A stretch of 64,000 bases of DNA from Candidatus Latescibacterota bacterium (GTDB lineage Bacteria; Latescibacterota; UBA2968; UBA8231), in NCBI GenBank assembly GCA_965248265.1, contig CBDFJF010000002.1, positions 224,001 through 288,000 on the forward strand, written 5' to 3'. This document shows positions 59,581 to 64,000 of this stretch, piece after piece. The position numbers and the translations under genes were made by a program. The notes under the pieces were generated by a model. It did not search any database. It saw only the letters and a list, made by a program, of their open reading frames with translations, and was not told the DNA's origin. Each line of letters begins with the position of its first letter. The first letter of the stretch is position 1.

Positions 59581-61146
59581 ATGACCACGTCGAAGGAACT
59601 GCCCGTGCTCGAAGGGGCGCCGTATTACCATTTCACCAAGCACAGCATGTCGATTCGGGGGTCGCATTCGATCATTCCGGCACAGGCGATCGTCGTGGGC
59701 GACCAGCGCCAGCTGCTGATGGACAAACAGACCGTCGACACGACATGGAACCTCGTGCGGCGAGTCCACGAGCCGATCAAGCATCCGGCGAACCCGTTGA
59801 TTCCCGGTGGGAAGTACACGCCGGAGGGGTACCTGGCGCCGACCAATTGGGGGACAGTTGCCTACGATGCCGAGTCGGGCCGCTTCAGGCTGTGGACGCT
59901 GTTGTGGGATACGATGGCGAAATCGAAGCAGGAGCGGATCGCCGCCCAGGTCTACTGGGAATCGGAGGATGGTCTCGAGTGGACTGCGCCGCAGCTGGGC
60001 CTGTTCGAGCTGGACGGCTCGACGGCCAACAACGTCATCCAGCTGTCGGCGGAACGGAACTACAGCACGCCGTGTGTGGTGGAGGTGCCCGAGCGACTGC
60101 GTCAACAGGGGCGGTTCGTCATGCTGTACGGGGCGAACCCGGCCGAGCCGGTGCCGGGGACCGGTCACGCTATGTCGGATCGCATCGCCTGGAGCGAGGA
60201 CGGCATCCGCTGGATGGACCAGCCGCAGAACCCGGTCTTCGGCGGCCGCAACGACACCTTCGGGAACATGGTATATGACCCCGAGCGGGACGTGTTCATG
60301 CAATACCGCCGAGCCTCCGTCAACGCCCACGAGTGCCGCCGGTTTGCCTACACGGAGAGCTCTGATCTGGTGTCGTGGACGCAACCAGAGGTCATCCTCG
60401 ACGCCGATGAGCTGGACGCACCCATGCTCTACGACTTCGTCGTCAATCGCTACCATGGTATTTACCTGGGATTCCTGCATCCGCTGTACTCCGCCAATGC
60501 CGGCTACGCCAACGGTTCGCGCCTGTGGAAGGACGGCCACATCCGCAAACAGTCGAAGACGGACGTGGAGCTGTGCTGGAGCCGCGACGGCAAGCGCTGG
60601 GAACGGCACCCGGAGCGCCCCGTGTTCATTCCGAACGGGCCGTGGGCGAAGGAGACGATGTACGACTGGGGGCTCATATACGTCTGTCAGGGCATCGTCG
60701 AAAAGGACGGGCTCCTGCACATCTACTACCGCGGCGACGGCATGCTGCACCAGGACATGCCCGGGACGCTGTGTAACTTCTGCCTCGCAACTCTGCGCAT
60801 CGACGGCTTTGTGTCACTGGGCAACATCGGGTTCTCTCAGCACCCAGGTTACATGCTGACGAGGCCGATCGAATGTTCGGGCGGTGACCTGCGCATCAAC
60901 GCGCGCACTGGGCCGGACGGGTTTGTGCGGGTGGCCGTGCGCAGCGGTAGCGGTGACCAGGACGGTACCTGGCTGGAGGGCTGGAACTTCGAGGACATGG
61001 AAGCGCCCTTCAGCGGAGACAGCACCGAAGCGGCCCTGCGCTGGAAGGGAAAAAGACTGGATCAGCTACAGGGTCAGGCGGTACGGCTGCATTTCTGGTT
61101 GCAGGACGCGGAGCTGTATTCGTGGCGGTTTGGCGGCACAGCCTAG
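59581..61146 (+). CDS. Beta-propeller glycoside-hydrolase-like protein
   Basis: Asp-box-like ESEDGLEW, WSEDGIRW, ESSDLVSW, WSRDGKRW; LRIDGFVS. Confidence 0.75.
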   Translation: MTTSKELPVLEGAPYYHFTKHSMSIRGSHSIIPAQAIVVGDQRQLLMDKQTVDTTWNLVRRVHEPIKHPANPLIPGGKYTPEGYLAPTNWGTVAYDAESGRFRLWTLLWDTMAKSKQERIAAQVYWESEDGLEWTAPQLGLFELDGSTANNVIQLSAERNYSTPCVVEVPERLRQQGRFVMLYGANPAEPVPGTGHAMSDRIAWSEDGIRWMDQPQNPVFGGRNDTFGNMVYDPERDVFMQYRRASVNAHECRRFAYTESSDLVSWTQPEVILDADELDAPMLYDFVVNRYHGIYLGFLHPLYSANAGYANGSRLWKDGHIRKQSKTDVELCWSRDGKRWERHPERPVFIPNGPWAKETMYDWGLIYVCQGIVEKDGLLHIYYRGDGMLHQDMPGTLCNFCLATLRIDGFVSLGNIGFSQHPGYMLTRPIECSGGDLRINARTGPDGFVRVAVRSGSGDQDGTWLEGWNFEDMEAPFSGDSTEAALRWKGKRLDQLQGQAVRLHFWLQDAELYSWRFGGTA

Positions 61147-61169
61147 ATCACGTCAGCAAACGATCAATC

Positions 61170-62054
61170 TCAGATATACCCCGGCGAGCTGAGAAAATCC
61201 GCCTGGTCGCTCAGGCGTTCGAGCACATGATCAGGGTATATGGACATGCGCTGGCTGGGCAGGTTGTTGCGGCCGATGGCCGGCATGTAGTTGAAAAACA
61301 CGGAGCGGCGAACCGAGTCGTCCGTCACTGGGAAGGCATTGTGGGTCATGCCCTCGGTGAAGATGATGACGTCGCCGGGGGCAGCGAAGACCGGCACCGC
61401 CATCGGATTCTTGCTGGCATCACTCATGTCGTACGGGCTGGCGAAATTGGCCTTGTGGCTGCCGGGAATCGCCGCGAACGGGCCGCTCTCTATGTAGGTC
61501 ATGTCCGAGAGGATCACCACGCTTTTCGTGCTCTTGCAGGCAAAACGCTGATTGGTGTGGTCGTAGGCGTAGTAGATATCCCGGTCTACTGGATAGCCGC
61601 CGTTGTGGAGGCCGCCGCCGGGGGCGGGTCCGACTTTCTCGATGAAATATGTTGCGGAGATGAAGAAGGGTCCGCCGCCCAATGTCGTGTGGATCGATGT
61701 GAGAATCGGGTCGCGGACGATGCGGTCGAATTTGTCGGTGCCGCACAGGGCCTGATCCACCCGGCCGACGCCCCCGGTCTCGGGGTTGAGCGGCCGGTAC
61801 TCGCTGTGGTCGCCCTGCCATACCGGGTGTTGGGGATCCTCCATGGCACGGGCCAGGAAATAGCTGGCTACCCCCACTTTCTTATAAGTCTCATACTCGA
61901 TCGGGATGGCCTGGAGTTCGTCGATTCCGGCGTGGAATTCCGCGATTGCGTCCTGATGGTAGTGCTGCCTGAGAATGATATACCCCCGCAGATCAAACTC
62001 ATACTTCTGTTCGGGACTCAGCTGGAAAGCAGGGGCGGGCTCTGAGGCTGTCAT
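61170..62054 (-). CDS. PhyH family dioxygenase
   Basis: FDLRGY, LHNG, IPGSHKAN, GDVIIFTEGMTH..RRS. Confidence 0.85.
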   Translation of the reverse strand: MTASEPAPAFQLSPEQKYEFDLRGYIILRQHYHQDAIAEFHAGIDELQAIPIEYETYKKVGVASYFLARAMEDPQHPVWQGDHSEYRPLNPETGGVGRVDQALCGTDKFDRIVRDPILTSIHTTLGGGPFFISATYFIEKVGPAPGGGLHNGGYPVDRDIYYAYDHTNQRFACKSTKSVVILSDMTYIESGPFAAIPGSHKANFASPYDMSDASKNPMAVPVFAAPGDVIIFTEGMTHNAFPVTDDSVRRSVFFNYMPAIGRNNLPSQRMSIYPDHVLERLSDQADFLSSPGYI

Positions 62055-62308
62055 CGCAGTACCTATGCTCCTTTCAATGGCAGAATCCAGGTGCACCACC
62101 CGCCGATGTCATATTCCTCGACGGGTTCGAGTGCGCCACGGGCGCCTATTCTGAACATCGGCCATTGCCGTTCGGCTGGCCATTGCGCTGTTGGACCAGG
62201 GTCCCTCATGTGACGGAGCCTTTACACGCCTGAGGGATGCGCTGTACCATTCCTTCTCCCTGGTCGATCTCCGCATCAACCAAAACAGAATGCCAACAGG
62301 ATTGACAA

Positions 62309-63433
62309 ATGACCACGATTACCGGCATGCGCAGGCTGGATGAGACCATCCATCGGATGGGTGGCAGGGGCGATAACTGGCACACGACGTGGGCTGCCAA
62401 TGACAAACTCTACACCGGGATGTGTGACGGAACCGGTTTCGCCGACGTCGAAGGGCACACCGGGATGTTCTACATCAGCCGGGTGTACGCCATCAATGGC
62501 GATCCGCCGCATCATTCGTTCGAGCACCTGCCGGGTTTTCCTGACCTGACCAAGGGGCCGGGACCGGACGACCGCAACACCTACTACGGCTTCGGTCTCA
62601 TCGCCATCGATGAACATCTCTATTACTATCTAAGCACGCCCAACCACCCCTTCACCTACGAGGGAGCCCGCTTCGTCGGTTCCAAGCTGATCTACTCGCC
62701 CGACCTCGGCGAGACCTGGCTGAATCAGGATGGCTCGGCGCTGGTGTGGGAGGGGTGGGCGGAACGCAGCCGCAACAACATGGCCTTCTTCGAAGAGCCG
62801 GACGACGTGTTTTCGCTCATTACCGTGCTGCAGATGGGCAAAAATTACGAGCACAACCGCGACGGCTTCGTCTACATCTATACGCCCAACGGCAGCGTCG
62901 AAGGCAGTATGAACCAACTGGCGATGCTGCGGGTTCCCAAGGGCAGGATTCTCGATCGCTCGTCCTATGAGTACTTTGTTTCACGCAACGACGACGGCTC
63001 TGCCACCTGGAGCAGTGACATCAATGACCGCGGTGTCTCGCACACCTTTCCCTCCGGTCATGTCAACGTCAAGGTCCATCCCTACGCGTGGCAACCGGGT
63101 GTGGTGTATAACGCGCCGCTCGATGTCTACATGATGTCGAACTGGGGGATGGCGGTCAGCGACGACGGGACATGGTTCGACGGGCCGAGTTACCTGGGAT
63201 TCTGGGTGGCCGACCAGCCGTGGGGTCCGTGGCGACAGGTGCATGAAGACACGTCGTGGACGCCGGCCGGAGACGAGCTGGCCACGGCCTACCAGCCGCA
63301 GATTTCGTCGAAGTGGATCGCCGAGGACGGCAAGTCGTTCTGGATGGCCTGGACGGATTTCCAACGCGTCGGCGGTGGCAAACGGCCGTACTATGATTTC
63401 AACATCCAAAAAGTCGAGATACTTACTGAGTAA
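62309..63433 (+). CDS. DUF4185-like beta-propeller protein
   Basis: GDNWHTTWA, SPDLGETW, DGFVYIY, PWGPW. Confidence 0.65.
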   Translation: MTTITGMRRLDETIHRMGGRGDNWHTTWAANDKLYTGMCDGTGFADVEGHTGMFYISRVYAINGDPPHHSFEHLPGFPDLTKGPGPDDRNTYYGFGLIAIDEHLYYYLSTPNHPFTYEGARFVGSKLIYSPDLGETWLNQDGSALVWEGWAERSRNNMAFFEEPDDVFSLITVLQMGKNYEHNRDGFVYIYTPNGSVEGSMNQLAMLRVPKGRILDRSSYEYFVSRNDDGSATWSSDINDRGVSHTFPSGHVNVKVHPYAWQPGVVYNAPLDVYMMSNWGMAVSDDGTWFDGPSYLGFWVADQPWGPWRQVHEDTSWTPAGDELATAYQPQISSKWIAEDGKSFWMAWTDFQRVGGGKRPYYDFNIQKVEILTE

Positions 63434-63450
63434 CTGACAGGGGATTTGTA

Positions 63451-64000
63451 ATGCTGGATCTGATGAACATGGCACGAACCGGGCAGGATGGGGGCGACCT
63501 CTTCAGCCTGCTGGAAGCTCTGTACGAGCCGGCGGACATCCGCCCAACCGGTTACCCGGACGCCGTCGTCTGGCAGGGGGGCAACCACGATGGCACGGTC
63601 AACCCGATCGCGCATTCGTTGACCGACGCCTATGCCCTGCTGGGCACGGTCTCCGCGATCGACATTCTGGGCCTGCCGTGCTATTGCGTGCCGATGTGGT
63701 CGCAGTACCGGCATGACCACAACCTCGAGCCCCTGAGCTGGTTCGGCAATATGCCGGTCACTTCGATCAAGTGGTCGACGGCCGGCGACACCTACGTCAA
63801 CGACGGCAAAGGCGGCAAGGTTGTGGTGATGGGAAAGTCCGGCAATGCGCCATTGCGTACACAAGCGGGTGTTTACTGCAATGTCCGCCCGTATGGACCG
63901 ATTACCGTTGTCCGTTGCATGCCCTGCCTGCCCTATTCGCAGGACAAGGCAAAGTTCGACGTCGATGCGGAGTCGGGTTTGATCCACTCGGAGATGAACA
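63451..64000 (+). CDS. Hypothetical protein, 3'-truncated by window edge
   Basis: Open frame MLDLMNMARTGQDGGDLFSLLEALYEP... to the end of the window, after an AGGGG RBS. Confidence 0.6.
   Translation, partial: MLDLMNMARTGQDGGDLFSLLEALYEPADIRPTGYPDAVVWQGGNHDGTVNPIAHSLTDAYALLGTVSAIDILGLPCYCVPMWSQYRHDHNLEPLSWFGNMPVTSIKWSTAGDTYVNDGKGGKVVVMGKSGNAPLRTQAGVYCNVRPYGPITVVRCMPCLPYSQDKAKFDVDAESGLIHSEMN

Overview
Bacterial chromosomal window, GC-rich and probably from an FCB-superphylum heterotroph. That placement (Latescibacterota-like) is inferred only from the QNYPNPFN sorting domain and the many AKR, PhyH, UxuA-like and Gfo paralogs. Bases 1-13.5 kb hold a tandem array of three paralogous phage-tail-fibre-like mosaic proteins. 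The two complete genes share a signal peptide, N-terminal domain and stalk; the heads are built from variable GNVGIGTT-delimited modules and end in an intramolecular chaperone plus coiled coil. The units share duplicated flanks that include an apparent tmRNA 3'-end remnant and terminator, and small cargo lies between them (PhyH, a broken RHH gene, an outer-membrane barrel, a DUF433/DUF5615 toxin-antitoxin pair). The rest is mostly catabolic genes. It also contains a ParA-CBM48 plus degenerate MinD-like pair, a divergently arranged peptide ABC transporter, a beta-lactamase-like/threonine aldolase operon, an orphan fliN-fliN-fliG-fliM C-ring module and several internally collapsed genes. No rRNA, complete tRNA/tmRNA, CRISPR array, integrase or transposase was seen. 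All family calls come from motif recognition by eye, not database searches.
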